Shown: positions 21,825 through 34,424, counted from the stretch's first letter. The stretch: DNA of 64,000 bases from Amoebidium appalachense (GCA_963693365.1 CAVNZM010000013.1:457317-521316), one strand, 5' to 3'. Numbers and translations are program-made. The notes: generated by a model from the sequence alone, not told the origin.

Positions 21825-22764
21825 CTAGTCTAGCGGGAGTGGTGTTTGGTAACAAGAGAGCATCGGGATATTCCTTCCTACCACCGCCAGCATAATCACC
21901 GAGATCTATCAAATCATCAACAATAAAGTTAGTGCATGTATCTAGTACGAGATGTGAATCTGGCCTGGCTTGTGCAGATTCTAATAGGCGCATATATATA
22001 GGGTGTTTCGTAGCATAGCATACACATACATCAACTCTACCCCACTGTGACTTAAGCTGGGATAGACGGAGGCGAAAGGTGGGAGGGGGAGGGGGGAGCA
22101 GATCAAGGGAGATCTTAGGTAGGAAAAGGATAGGAGAGTGGTCAGATGACCTAGAGAGGTTAGGAGGGAGAGAGAGTTTTGACATGGTTGATGGCCAAAA
22201 GGCCACTCCCCAGTCGGTGTTGTGGGCATGGGATATTTGAGGGAACCGCAAAGTGTGACTTTGGACATACCTTGCTAAAGGGATAGCACGCTCCGGGGGC
22301 TTAGATGGGTACCCGACACTCACTTGCAGTGTGTCTGTGTGGTGGAGTCGCGTGTTAAAATCACCTAAAATAACAGTGGACATTGGTAACTGTGACAACT
22401 CGTGAGTCAATTCGACAACCGACATAGATGGTGGGTAATATACAAAAGTAAAAACATTAGAAAGAAACTCTATAGAAACCGAGAATTCCGTTTTTGCTAC
22501 CGGTTTGCACTTCACTCTCACGTGTGGTGCGGCAAGTACAATAATGCCTCGGTTTTTCGCGTAACCGGGGTGTGTGGATGTGTCGACCAATGTAGAGTTG
22601 AATTTGTGGTGGTTTTTAAACTGTGTTTCGCAAATCACTGTAAACGTGTGGTTGTTTGTCTGTTGTTGTATGTAGCTGATTTTATCGTCGAGTGTCCCGG
22701 GGGGGAGGCCCTTTTGGGGGCCCAGTGTCCGAGCATTCCAGAAGAAGAAGGATAAATTAGGCAT
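21781..22764 (-). CDS. LINE ORF2, N-terminal APE (exo/endo/phosphatase) endonuclease; separated from RT by a +1 frameshift
   Basis: FWNARTL, ICETQ, VYYPP, ILGDFN, SDHSPI motifs; its ATG overlaps the ORF1 stop (ATGCCTAA). Confidence 0.9.
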   Translation of the reverse strand: MPNLSFFFWNARTLGPQKGLPPGTLDDKISYIQQQTNNHTFTVICETQFKNHHKFNSTLVDTSTHPGYAKNRGIIVLAAPHVRVKCKPVAKTEFSVSIEFLSNVFTFVYYPPSMSVVELTHELSQLPMSTVILGDFNTRLHHTDTLQVSVGYPSKPPERAIPLARYVQSHTLRFPQISHAHNTDWGVAFWPSTMSKLSLPPNLSRSSDHSPILFLPKISLDLLPPPPPTFRLRLSQLKSQWGRVDVCVCYATKHPIYMRLLESAQARPDSHLVLDTCTNFIVDDLIDLGDYAGGGRKEYPDALLLPNTTPARLGEPLSQKGKLAPAC

Positions 22765-23941
22765 CGGTTTGGTCCGACACCTGTGGGGTTGGTTCCCACT
22801 TGTCGCTTACGGGGTCGTATGCACGACCTTCCGCCAGCGCGAACAGTTCGCAGAAGAGCTCGATTTCCATCTCGCATCGGCGTTTGCGCTCGAGCAGTTT
22901 CTCACCAGAAAACATTGGTTCCTTCGTGTCCGTGTCTATCACGCTCGTAGCATCGTTTTCCAACTTTGCGAGGAACTCTTTTGCCTTGCTGATGCGTACA
23001 CGACAACGTGTGGCGCACGCATTCTTAGCAGACACTTTACGTTCTTTGTCTGCTTTCTGAATGTTTTCCGGCGCGCATGGGTCGTAGTTTGGGAGGTGGG
23101 TGAAGAAGCTTCCACACCCCTTTGTCGCGTCACGGATGAACGCACGGTTATAGTCGCCCCGTACTGCTACTTCCAGCACATCGTATCCAATGAAGGACAG
23201 ACAAAGGATGCGAGAGCACCGGAAGCCGAGAGCCTTGAAGATGGACCACATGGCCCTGTGTGGGCGTCTGCCGTGCTTGACTTTGAAATACACCCTCTCG
23301 TATTTGGGTGGGATGTTGATGTTACCGTTTGCTTGGGTGTTCCCCTTAGCCGGCGGTTTGGAAGGGGAGTTGCGGCGGTACTCGTTGCCTGCAAGAATGC
23401 TGGCATATGTTTCCTTGGCAATTTGGCGGAGCTCGGGTGTTTTACGAGAGTTCGCATATTCTAGGAACTCTGCCGGGAGCTGTGCTTCCGGTCCTGTGTT
23501 GTTTTGTGTTGGGGTGGAAATGTCTCCGTCGCGAGATGTTTGCTCATGAGTTTTGGGGTTTTGCGATCCACTAATGTTTAGCTGGGCTGTGAGTGAATCA
23601 ATGGTGAGCTTGAGTTGGGTATTTTCTGTTTGGAGTTTTTCTATCATGTTCTTGAGTGGTAACAGCTCATTTAGCTGTTTCTTAACGAGGGCAAGTTCTG
23701 CCAGTACTGTATCAACCGAAAGTTTCGGCATGGTTGTTATTGTGTTTCTACGGAGTGGTGTGGTGTTATTCTGAATGGGTAGTGTATTGTAAATAGGTGT
23801 TGCGCTTAGTCTAAGGCGATGTTTTTCTGGTTGTGCATCTGTGGTAGGTGTATCTGCTGGACGTTTTAATGGTCGCACATGTGTGATGGGTGTAGATGGA
23901 ACTTTGAAAGAGGTTCTGAAACGATTATAGGCATGTGCCAT
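22757..23941 (-). CDS. LINE ORF1 (394 aa; N-terminal coiled coil, basic globular C-terminal half, no obvious CCHC knuckle)
   Basis: Intact ORF inside the TSD-bounded element, directly upstream of APE; heptads LAELALVKKQLNELLPLKNMIEKLQTENTQLKLTIDSL. Confidence 0.88.
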   Translation of the reverse strand: MAHAYNRFRTSFKVPSTPITHVRPLKRPADTPTTDAQPEKHRLRLSATPIYNTLPIQNNTTPLRRNTITTMPKLSVDTVLAELALVKKQLNELLPLKNMIEKLQTENTQLKLTIDSLTAQLNISGSQNPKTHEQTSRDGDISTPTQNNTGPEAQLPAEFLEYANSRKTPELRQIAKETYASILAGNEYRRNSPSKPPAKGNTQANGNINIPPKYERVYFKVKHGRRPHRAMWSIFKALGFRCSRILCLSFIGYDVLEVAVRGDYNRAFIRDATKGCGSFFTHLPNYDPCAPENIQKADKERKVSAKNACATRCRVRISKAKEFLAKLENDATSVIDTDTKEPMFSGEKLLERKRRCEMEIELFCELFALAEGRAYDPVSDKWEPTPQVSDQTDA

Positions 23942-24046
23942 GACATGGATGGGGGTGTTCCCCGGCCCTTAGGGCCACGGATGGCCTGGTTTAGGGGTGG
24001 ATGCGCGAAGGATACTATTTATTAGCAGATAATAAAGAGCGACATT

Positions 24047-24138
24047 TGAATCGATGTGTGCGACTGAATCGATGTGTGCGACTGAATCGATGTGTGCGAC
24101 TGAATCGATGTGTGCGACTGAATCGATGTGTGCGACTG
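24047..24138 (-). repeat. Five perfect tandem 18-nt monomers (CAGTCGCACACATCGATT) forming the extreme 5' end of the LINE
   Basis: Directly visible; abuts the TSD. Confidence 0.95.
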
Positions 24139-24466
24139 AAATCAATATGGGCTTTTTCCTCATTCCCATTTTCGCATTTTTCCTTTTCTCCATAAACTTT
24201 AGTGAGATATGCCGAATATTCTGCTGATAAATTCTAAAATTTTCACATTTTTGAAATATCATTCAACGGATAAACGATTTTTGAAAACCCATAAAATGCA
24301 TTTCAAAATATCAGGATATATCGATTTTATCGATTTACTCGTATTTTCAGGATATTTCGACGGTTCGGTTCTATTTGCGCTATTTTGGAATTTTTGCAAT
24401 ATCGCCAATTTATCCTTTTTCCCATTTTATGGCTTTTTTCGACGTCTGCCATCTGTCACCTACTGA

Positions 24467-24582
24467 GGTGACTCGTATTTTTCCTTACACACACAGCGAA
24501 CACTGGACTCTCGGGACCGTAGAGCCGCCGCGAGAGAAAGCATGCACGCGGTCGCGAGAGTGTAAGGAAAAATAGAGTCACC
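24467..24582. repeat. Short inverted-repeat element (about 24-bp arms), MITE-like
   Basis: GGTGACTCGTATTTTTCCTTACAC (24467-24490) versus GTGTAAGGAAAAATAGAGTCACC (24560-24582); no clear TSD. Confidence 0.6.
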
Positions 24583-26468
24583 CAGGAAATTTTCATCATC
24601 AAGTTCTGTGATTGGTCGGAAAGCAAAGCCCCTCATCTATTGGTTCCTGGTAAATCCCCTTGGACCCAAGAGAAATCGCGCGATTGCCTGTGTCGTAAGC
24701 CAAAGCTCGTTTATTAATAAAGAGGATCGAGGTGATCATCCTGAAAGAATAGCCTTGATTCCGACTGTGACAGCGAATCAGTGCCATTTTGCACACTAGG
24801 GATATCTTCGTGGTGTATGGAGGCTGACATAATACTAAATAAACACAGAAAAAGCAGAAAAAGAGTATGAATGCACTCTAGGCTTAACTAATTAGGGTTA
24901 GTGACCTGTGCGGCAGGGATGAAAGAAAGATTATTAAGCAGACAATGCACGCAGTATGCTGCTACAACCTAGCTAAATGTTCTATAGACAAAATACAAAA
25001 TATTGCAACGGTAGACCACGCGGATTGAAACGAGCGCAGTACATCACACAAAGTTTCAAAAACTGTGCACGAGAAGTGCCGGCGCTTGAAAGCCTTGCGA
25101 CATGTAGCCTACAAGACATGGGATGATAACGGTCGCGGCTGTTGACCAAGGTTTGAATTTGAGCGCAAACGGCTGACGTGATGCCCTACTGAGGCTGGAT
25201 TGCCTCAATATCATGCAATATTTCGGATTTTGCTTCGCTTCGTACCAATCCAACGATTGGCTTTTAAATTTTTTTAAAAGTTGCCTCAAGGTGGGGTCAA
25301 GACGCACGCGCCGAAACGCATACCCTAAACAGTGATACAACACGCTGATTGGCCGATCTGTTGTACAACGTTTTGATTGGCTGTTTCACGGTACGTGATC
25401 ATAAAAGCCAACGTGCCTGGGTTTGAGGCGAACGTGAAGTTCAAAGCAGCCCAGGCACCGTCAGTACGTGCCAGGTCTGCCATATGCGTGTAAGCATATG
25501 TTATTTTTGTTGGTTTTACGTGACCGTCGACGGCGAGCTGACCGTTGACCGTTGGGTTGCAATTGGGCGCTGGTTAAACAGTTAACGTTGGGTTGCAATA
25601 GGCGACTGCACTAGTCATGTTCAAAGAATGGTGGCTAGTTAGTCGCGACTGCACCTTGTAATTCTTGGCTCACGGGCCTACTGCTGGCTGGTCTCTCTTT
25701 CACGGTACGAATAGCCGTTCCTGTTATTACGAAGTCCCTGGTCTTATCAAGTTGTTGACGCTGCTGCAAGAGTTAAACTTGTAACCGGCATGGCGCTACC
25801 AAAAGCATTGGAACTTTGTACCAATCGAGAAGAGCTCAAAGCTCTGGTTGATGGAGGCTTTACTGACAAAGGTGAGGTTAGTTGCAACCACAGTAACCCA
25901 TCCTCCCCTCCGTATACAGACGTACGTATACAGACACACACATACACATGCACAGAAAGAGTGAGAGGAGTGGAGGGAGGGAGGGAGGGAGGGAGGGAGG
26001 TATGGGGGGAGGGAGGGAGGGAGGTCGGGTGGGAGGGAGGGAGGTAGGGAGGGAGGGAGGAAGCCAAAGCGGAAGCAGAGGAAGGGAGGGAGGGGGAGGG
26101 GGGGGGGGGGGGGGGGGGGGGAGTGGAGGTGGAGTGGGGGGGGGGGGGGGGGGGGCGAGTGGAGAGAGCGAGAGAGAGAGAGGGGGGGGGGGGGGGGGGG
26201 CAAGCATGCGTGCTTTGTCTGTTCAAACTTGCAGTCACCGGGACAACAAGCACAACAGTTGCACTCTGCTCTGTACCTTTGTCCATAAATAAAAGAGAGC
26301 ATGTACCTTTTATTCGATCACAACCTTCACGTCCTGACGAACCTACAAGCATTGTGTGTGGTGTGGTCGTGTGCACATGTAGCATGAATAACCTTACACA
26401 CCGCCCTCATTTTGAGCACGCACACACGTGTGTGTGTGTGTGTGTGGGTGTGTGGGTGGGTGTGTGTA

Positions 26469-26513
<45 letters not shown>

Positions 26514-26813
26514 CGGTGTGTGTGTGTGCGTGCGCGCATGCTTGTGTGTGTGTGGTGCACGTGAAGGTCACTAATTATGTGTGAGGGGGAAAAGGGGGGG
26601 GGGGGGGGGGGGGGGAGATCGTCGATAACGAGAAGTCCAAGACTGAGTGAGGGCTGGGCACGGGGAGAAATAAACAATAAGGAGGTCCAGATGGAAACAA
26701 GATAGGAATAAAGGAGGAACAGCACAAAGAATGGGGCGACGACCTTTTGTGCATGTAAGTGTTGTGTGTGTGTGTGTGTGTGTGTGTTTGGTAGTGGTGG
26801 TGGTGGTGGTGGT

Positions 26814-26846
<33 letters not shown>

Positions 26847-28189
26847 TTAAAAAGGGTTAGAATGCCTTGTTTTTTTTTCATGACGGACAACATAAATCAG
26901 TCATTGCAAAACAAAGGGCACACACCAGTTTGCCCGCTATCCACCCACCATACGCATGTGTGTGCAACGACAAGCAGACAGGACTAGGAAGCATTGACAT
27001 GTTAAAAGAGACAGACGGGGGAAGTAAGAAACACCCGTGCATACGGCAAGCACTCGCACGTGTGTGGAGTATGACAGCCATGCACACAAAATTTTTGCAA
27101 AAGACAAATGCAAGAGCCAACACTATCTGTTGCACACACGAGCCTGCCCACTCCCTTAGATGCCTCACACAGAATACTTGGACAGAAAAGGAAATGGGGG
27201 CAAGAGACGAAAAGGCACAAGTGTTCAGACATTCGAGAGCTAAAAGTTAGAACAGGACGTAGCCCAGTCAGACAGAATAAGAAAGCAGAAAAAGGTGGCA
27301 GGAGGGAGAGAGTGGGGAGAAGGGGGGGGGAGGGGGGAGGGGGGGAGGGGGGGAGGGAGGGAGGGGAAGAGAGAGAGTGAGAGAGAGAGAGGGGGGGGGG
27401 GGGGGGGAAGGGGGGGAGAGAGAGGGAGCGGGAGGGAGGGAGGGAGAGAGGGAGCGAGACGTGGGGTTGGTTGGGTGGAGGCGGGGAGGGGGGGGGGGGG
27501 GGGGGGGGGGGACGGGCGGAGGGAGGGGCGAGAAACAGAGACAGGGGAGGGGAGGAATGGGGGGGGAAGGAAAGAGAGGGAGGAATGGACGGACGGACAG
27601 CAAGTGGGGGAACCTCAATATTCACAGAAGGGAGAGAGTGGGGGAGCATGGGGAGGGGGGAGAGAGGGGGGGACAGGGAGGGGGAGAGGAAAGAAGGAGG
27701 GAGTGCGAGAGGGACTCGGAGAGGGGGACAGGAGAGAAAGGGGGAGGGAGGGACAGAGAGCCGGGGGTGAAGGGGGGAGGGAGGGGAGGAGGGAGGGAAC
27801 GAGGGAGAGAGAGAGGGAGGGAGGGTGAGAGAGCGCGGTAGCGGGGAGGGAGGGAGAGGGGAGGGGGGAAGGGAGCGGAGGGAGGAAGGGAGGGGTGGAA
27901 AGGGAGAGGGAGACAGAGAGGGATGGAGCAGGAGGGGGAGGGGAGGGGCAGAAGGAGGGGGAGGGGGTTAGGGGGGTGGCAGCTGTACAAAAACGACACT
28001 CACCATTATTACTGTGGCTTAGTCGAGCCTGCACGTATACCATGCAAGTCTGGTGGGCCAACTCTGGCCCCAGGCGTGAAACTAAAAACGGGCGTGAACT
28101 GTGTATCACGACTAATGAGAGTTTGAGATGGCTTTGTCTCCATATTTAAGTAGAAATCTTCAAGTAGGCTACACATTCACTCGCAAAAA

Positions 28190-28550
28190 GGTTGTTATTG
28201 CAAAAATGCCGAAATCTGCAAAATTGAAAAATAGAGAAAATAGAAAAATAGAGAGCAACGTTGCAATGACATAATGCGATTATTTGTCTATATATCTCGT
28301 TTTATCCAGAAATTGTGAAAATACGACTGGGGAGATATGCAAAATTGAGAAAAAGGAAAAGCGGAAATAGCCAGATTGATTTGCTCATTTCGGAATGGGA
28401 TACGAGAGGCCCGCAAACAGTAAATCTATCAGCTTTTGGTTTTCGGCCAGGAGCGTATTTTTTTTTTTCTTTTTCTTTTGACTGGATTTATTCAACGGAA
28501 AGATATGCAAGTATGCACGGCATACGGAGATGACAATAAAAACTTCACGA
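28190..28550 (-). mobile_element. Second, uninterrupted copy of the AT-rich interspersed repeat
   Basis: Shares TGAAGTTTTTATTGTC...TATGCCGTGCATACTTGCATATCTTTCCGT...ATAAATCCAGTCAAAAGAAAAA and TATCCCATTCCGAAA with 19062-19214. Confidence 0.75.
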
Positions 28551-28875
28551 AGCGTATTTTCATTTTTGGGGTCTAACGCGTCGGGAAATATTGACAACTG
28601 GAGAGAGGACATGAAGAAACTCATCCCCACCATAAACACAAGCATGCTCACAGACACGTGAATAGCGTGATGCGTCGTGAGATTTCACGGTGTAGTGCTC
28701 GCGAAACCTGTACGTTGCGGCCGCGATTGTGAAGAGGAAGGCAATAGGTCCCGTCGAAAATCACTTGGTATTTCCACATGAGGTCACCGGACGTTTTCGC
28801 CACCGACGCCACTTGGTTGAAATTCTGCGCCTCTTTTACCAAAGTCCTGAAACGGCCGGGGAAAAGAGAGAGGGG

Positions 28876-28909
<34 letters not shown>

Positions 28910-28964
28910 GGGAGGAGTGTGTGTGTGTGGGAGAGAGTTGGAGAGAGAGGGGGGGGGGGGGGGG

Positions 28965-29016
<52 letters not shown>

Positions 29017-29555
29017 AACATGTCAGCAAAAGTAAAACCAACATAAAAAACTAGGGATTGAAGAAATCACACTAATAAGAGCCTGGCCAGAGTTTGCTTG
29101 GGGGTGAGAAACTTTTGGCTTTCTGGCTGTGCAACCTTCAATTGTGCTGTCATGCAAATGATCGTGTGTGCGTGAGAATACTTCTGGGAATGTAGAGAAT
29201 GGAGAAGGACGGGGTTTGTGGGGAGACAGGTTGTTCATAGAGATGTAAAGAGCGACACACACCAGTTGTACTTACAACAAACAAAAAAAGGCAACACACG
29301 CGCCCGGGCACACACAAACACACGCGCGCGCACGCGCACACAAACAACAACCCCATTAGGATCATCTCTCACCCTTGCGACAGGATCCGTAAGTCTTCTA
29401 TTACTTACTTAAGCACTTACGCGTCTGTACAGGCACACACACGCGCACATACACATACACACACACACAGAGAGAGAGAGGGGGGGGGGGAAGGGGGCAG
29501 GAGGGGAGGGAGGGAGAGAGGAGGAGAGAGAGAGAGACGTGCGTCAGCACAAGCA

Positions 29556-29621
<66 letters not shown>

Positions 29622-30259
29622 CACACACGAGATCTCCCTCCCTCGACCTACCTTAGCGCCTCTGCCATATCAGTAAAGTTCTTCGTTCTGGCACGCGCCA
29701 ATCCCTCTCTCGCCGCCAATAACGGGTCACGTGCATTCTGCAACATCACCAAAAGTCCCTCTCCACCGGGTGTAGTGGGTCAAAGTTCGTCTGGCAATAG
29801 ACCACAGCAATTTCAGCTGGGTGTACATGAATTTATTTTAACACGCCGTTTGCTGAGATACAACCTGACACTGTATGTATCGACAAGACGGCACCCATGT
29901 ACATTCTCAGCCGCGGACGTATACGTATGGAACAGCCGTTTTAGTAGACTTTGATATAGGCGTATGAACACGTAAAAATAACGTGCAATTAAATTTTAAA
30001 GAGACATCAACAGGCGTAGAAAGAGAGTGGCATCTATCACCCATCACCAAAGTGTACGCAATAACAGTCATACTTGAACCGTGTATAGTAGCCCGGCTGT
30101 CTAATCAAAATCCACGCAGTTAAACGTTTGCTGTGTTGTGTTGCACCCCCAGTCGTGTCCCTAAATTTCATCAATGGACCCCTTTAAGTTACCACTATTT
30201 ACATGATATACGAACCAGCAGCTTCCGTTGGTACACCGTCAAACACCCTGAGACCCACC

Positions 30260-30290
<31 letters not shown>

Positions 30291-30340
30291 ACCTCTCTCC
30301 CCCTCTGCCCCCACCCCTCTCTCCCCCCTCCCTCCTTCCC

Positions 30341-30371
<31 letters not shown>

Positions 30372-30969
30372 AAAGAAAAAGAAAAAAAAAAAGAAAAAGA
30401 AAGAGAAAAGGAAAGGTGAGAAGAGAAAAGAAAAAGAAAAAGAAAACAGCCCTCCACCCCGCCACCCACACGGGCACAGACAGACATGCACAGACACAAA
30501 CACAGACACGTACACAAGCACACACCATGTCACACATACCCATCGCGCTAGCCAACCCGCTACACCCTAACCAAATCGATTTTCGTTCAACCAAGTGGCT
30601 GAATAAAAGATGAATGATAATGGCAACTTAATCGTTGTAGATACTTATAAAACTAAAAGCATTTATATCTAGCTACCGGCATATCTAGTCCACCAAAATC
30701 CTTAGCCAGAAGCAAACGTGCATAGATATTATTACATACACACACACACAGCTGTGCGCATGCAAAAACCTAATTCCTGCCTGATCCGACACGTTGCCGA
30801 TGAGTTATGTACAGACATCATAACATAACCATGTATGGCCAAATAATGAACACACTCACATTCCAACCCCAATCCCACACAACCACGATCTATGCAAACG
30901 GGAAGGGGGACTCTATAGGGAAAGGAGGAAAAGACATCGTAAGAAAGAACAGTCGGTTTTATCTTTCTT

Positions 30970-33900
30970 CTATGTGGACGAGTCCTTATCCCACGACGTA
31001 GATAGTAATTCCATCATATCTCCAATCTGGTGTTCCAACCACTCTGGGTCGTCAAAATCCACAGGTTCAAAAGGACCCCCCTCCCTTTCCGCATCCGTGA
31101 TAGCCGAAATTTCATCGCCCTGGCCTTTTTCCTTCACGCTGAAATCTGCCGTGCTGATACCACACGCGGGTTCCGCGAATTTCTGTGATAAGCCCCCACC
31201 TTGCATATTTCCTCTACCGGATTCACCGGAAAGCACCCCGGCCTCGGCCATTTTCCCACCCGCTTGCATTTGACCTCTCACCCCACCAACGCTAACGCCT
31301 CCACCACCGCCCTTTTCATTCATACCAGAAATGTTTCCCATTTGGTTCACACTTTCACTCTTTCCAACCCCCGTTTTCCCGCTGCAAAATTCCTTTCCCA
31401 GGTTTCCACCTTCCTCTTTAGACCCCATACGCTTAATTTTCGCGAGATTCTCCCTCCATCGCGCCCAAACCGATTTGTTTTTCTTTTCTTCCTCCTGTAT
31501 GGCAGTGCCCACACCCAGAGACTCGTCCTTATTTCCCGTTTTTTCCTTTTCGTTTTCCGTTCCCGATCCCAAAATCGCTTTCCGTGCGATATCCCACGCT
31601 TCGTCGATCATATCCCCTTCATCCGAGTACATTTTCCCCGGCTTTATTCCCTGAATTTCCCAATTGTCCCCCGATTCCATTATCACTTCCTCTACTTCCC
31701 CTTCACCCACCATTTCGGCCATGGGACGCGGATAACGAGAAACCCCCGTATATTGGGAATTGGTTTCCGTTTCCGGGTAGACAGCAGGTTGAACATTCAC
31801 CATATTCGACGGTTCAAAACCCTCGGGTTGATTTTCAAAATTCCCGAAGTTTCCGGGAGCGGGTCCAAAAGATCCCCCTATTCCGAGCCCCAGCTGCCCA
31901 AAAAGTTCCGCATGTGCCGCATAATTCTCCCTTCCGATTGGCTGGCCGGTTGACCAACCAGTGATTTTCTCCCCCTGTGTTCCATAGATCCCCTCATAGG
32001 GGGTTTGGGGAATATCGTTCTGTGGTTGCTCCTGCGTAGCGACTGAAAGCCCTGGCATTGGCTGGGAATAATCGGTAAGATCCCCCCTTGGCGCGAAATT
32101 CCCAGCCATTTCCGGCGCAAAATTCTGAGGAGAGAATGTGGGCGCTTGCGGCTGGGGTTGGTAATCGTACGTCAGGGCGGGTGAAGTCTGTGGAATTTGA
32201 AGGGCGGGAAGAGAAGCGAAACCGTAATTCCCGATAACGAAATTTCCTTGCTGGAGCTCTAGTCCGTGAATGCGGGTGTCGTATTGAAAGGGGGATTCTT
32301 GGGGTGGGGCCGATGGGGGGAGGGGGATAGGGCATGGGAAAGGAGGAAAAGGAAAAAGGGGTTTGTAGGAACGTGGTGGTGGGGACGGCTGGCATTGATA
32401 AGTCCATTCCGTAATTTAAAAACGTTTGATCGTTATTCTGTACTTGCCCATCCATAACTGAAGGACTCCTTCCGGAATCCAAAGTCGAGCTTCCCGTATT
32501 CTTCTGTTTTCCGGTTTGGGGCGCCGAGCTTGGGGTTGGCTGGTCGATCGACATGGCCGTTTCGTTGTCTTCGATTACCGTTGGGAGAACGGCGTAGGAA
32601 GAAGGTGCGCTCAAACTCTGCACAACCTCGTTTTCCGCATCTTTTCCCGGTGATTTTGGCGGCCTGAGAAGAGGGGACGGGGTGCAATGCTCCTGTGACT
32701 TTTTTACTTTCCCGTGTTTTGGCTCCTTTTTCGCTTTTGGAGTCGCGGGTTGAGTCGACAGAGGGGATTTTTCAGGCACGTGGGGTATTGAAATTGCTCG
32801 TGGGGGGATCGGTGGTGGAGGGTGTGTCGGGAGAGGTTGGGTAAAACCCGGGGACGGAAACCGGGGTGTGAAAATCGGACGGGCGGAACGAGGGGAACCC
32901 CTGGTCGGGAGGAGGGTAGGGGGCACGATCGTTTTCAGAGTCAACGAAGTCGAATTGGGGACCGTACGCGTCTTCGGGGATGTCATGTATCGTTGCATGT
33001 GGGGGGGGATGGGGACCATGGGTTGCATGCCCCACTCGACTTCTCTCTCCTTTTCCTTCTCAACTTTTCCTTCCGAATCATCGTTCGCACCTTCCCCTTT
33101 TTCCTTTTCTTTCTCTCCGGTCCCGCTTTCCGTTCCTTGCATTCCCCCAAATTCCGCGTTCTCGCTAGATTTCTCCCCAATTTTCGGTGATTTTTGCGCA
33201 AACATCACGCCTGCTGCGTCCGCGGTAACATCATCACCCTTCCTCCCCTCAATCTTTCTCGATTGTTCCCTATCTCCCCCTCCACCCTCGATTGTTACTC
33301 TAACCGTTGGAACCCCCACGAATCTCTGCCCGGGCTGGGTTGGGTGCTTTAGCGGTGATAAACCCCCCTTCCATTTCTCCGTTTCTTCTCTCCCCAAACT
33401 CCCCAATTCCCTCTTTTGGACGGGAATACCACCACCACTGCCGTCAAATTTCGCTCCAACCCCACCTATTCCCTTTGCTACATTTCCCCCAAGCCCCCCC
33501 TCCTCTACCTCTCCCATTTCAATATCACCCTCCATATCCCCGCCCAATCCATTCACTCTTCTTCCCTTCACCTCTTCCGCAACCCCCTTCCCAACTCCTT
33601 CCTCCGAAATCTCCTTCATCCCCTCGAACCCCCTCTCAGCCTCCTCCAAAAACCCCCTCCTCTGCGAAATTAACGTATCATGCGACCCGTGTAATTTACT
33701 TTTTCCGACCACCAGCGGGGGTCTACCCCTCGCCCTGGCCGGGGACGGAGAGCGGGAGTGGCTCATGGGGGCGTTTCCATCGGCTTCTACGACACCGAGA
33801 TAGACTTTTGCGTGGGGAGGGAAATCGTCAGCGAATTCCTCTCTGGGAATGACCACGCCGCGGCGCATGGAAAGATGGATGTTGTGGCGTTGGGAGAGAT

Positions 33901-34243
33901 GGTGTTGGAGAGAACGCCACTCTGCAAACCTAAAAAGAGAAAGAAAAAAAATAATTAGCTCGAAAATATCTCTAATTATTGCATACTTGATGGTGATGGG
34001 GAGAGAGCGTGTGAGCGCGCGGGGAAGAGGGGAAGAGGGGGGGAGGGGGAGGGGGAGGGGGGGGGGGGGGGGGTGATTATGTGAGCGAGGGAGTGAGTAC
34101 GTGACAGAGAGATTGTGCGTGGGTCTCTAAGCTAGAGAGTATCGAGAATGGCCTGGGGCATGGATGTGTGAGTGTGTGTGTCTATGTATATGTGTTAAAA
34201 CTAACAAAAAAACTTGGGAGAAGGAGACACAGGGGGAAGGCGG

Positions 34244-34284
<41 letters not shown>

Positions 34285-34424
34285 CTGGCAAATAAGATAT
34301 CCCTCATACTACCACAAGGAGAGCACTTTCTACGCCTTGTGTCTGCGTGAGAGTGTGCATGTGTGCACGTTGTGTATGCATGCATGCCTCATGTGTGTCT
34401 GCATATGTGCCCTCGAGGTGCGGC

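Larger units (their letters stand above)
19215..24138 (-). mobile_element. Full-length non-LTR retrotransposon (ORF1 + APE-RT ORF2), about 4.9 kb, 13-bp TSD
   Basis: TSD AAATCAATATGGG at 19202-19214 and 24139-24151; ORF1, APE and RT are collinear; an empty-site paralog lies at about 28370. Confidence 0.95.
19062..24430 (+). mobile_element. AT-rich non-coding interspersed repeat, split by the LINE (19062-19214 and 24139-about 24430)
   Basis: Homologous to the reverse complement of about 28190-28550, which shows the empty site (GAGCAAATCAATCTGGCTATTTCC versus GAGCAAATCAATATGGGCTTTTTCC). Right boundary approximate. Confidence 0.7.

Noticed and set aside
24047-24138. CRISPR-like array
   Set aside because: Head-to-tail 18-mers with no spacers, no cas genes, and located inside a TSD-bounded LINE
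25790-26350. Plus-strand gene starting MALPKALELCTNREELK with a GTGAGG donor
   Set aside because: No convincing downstream exons or recognisable domain; conflicts with minus-strand exon-like islands
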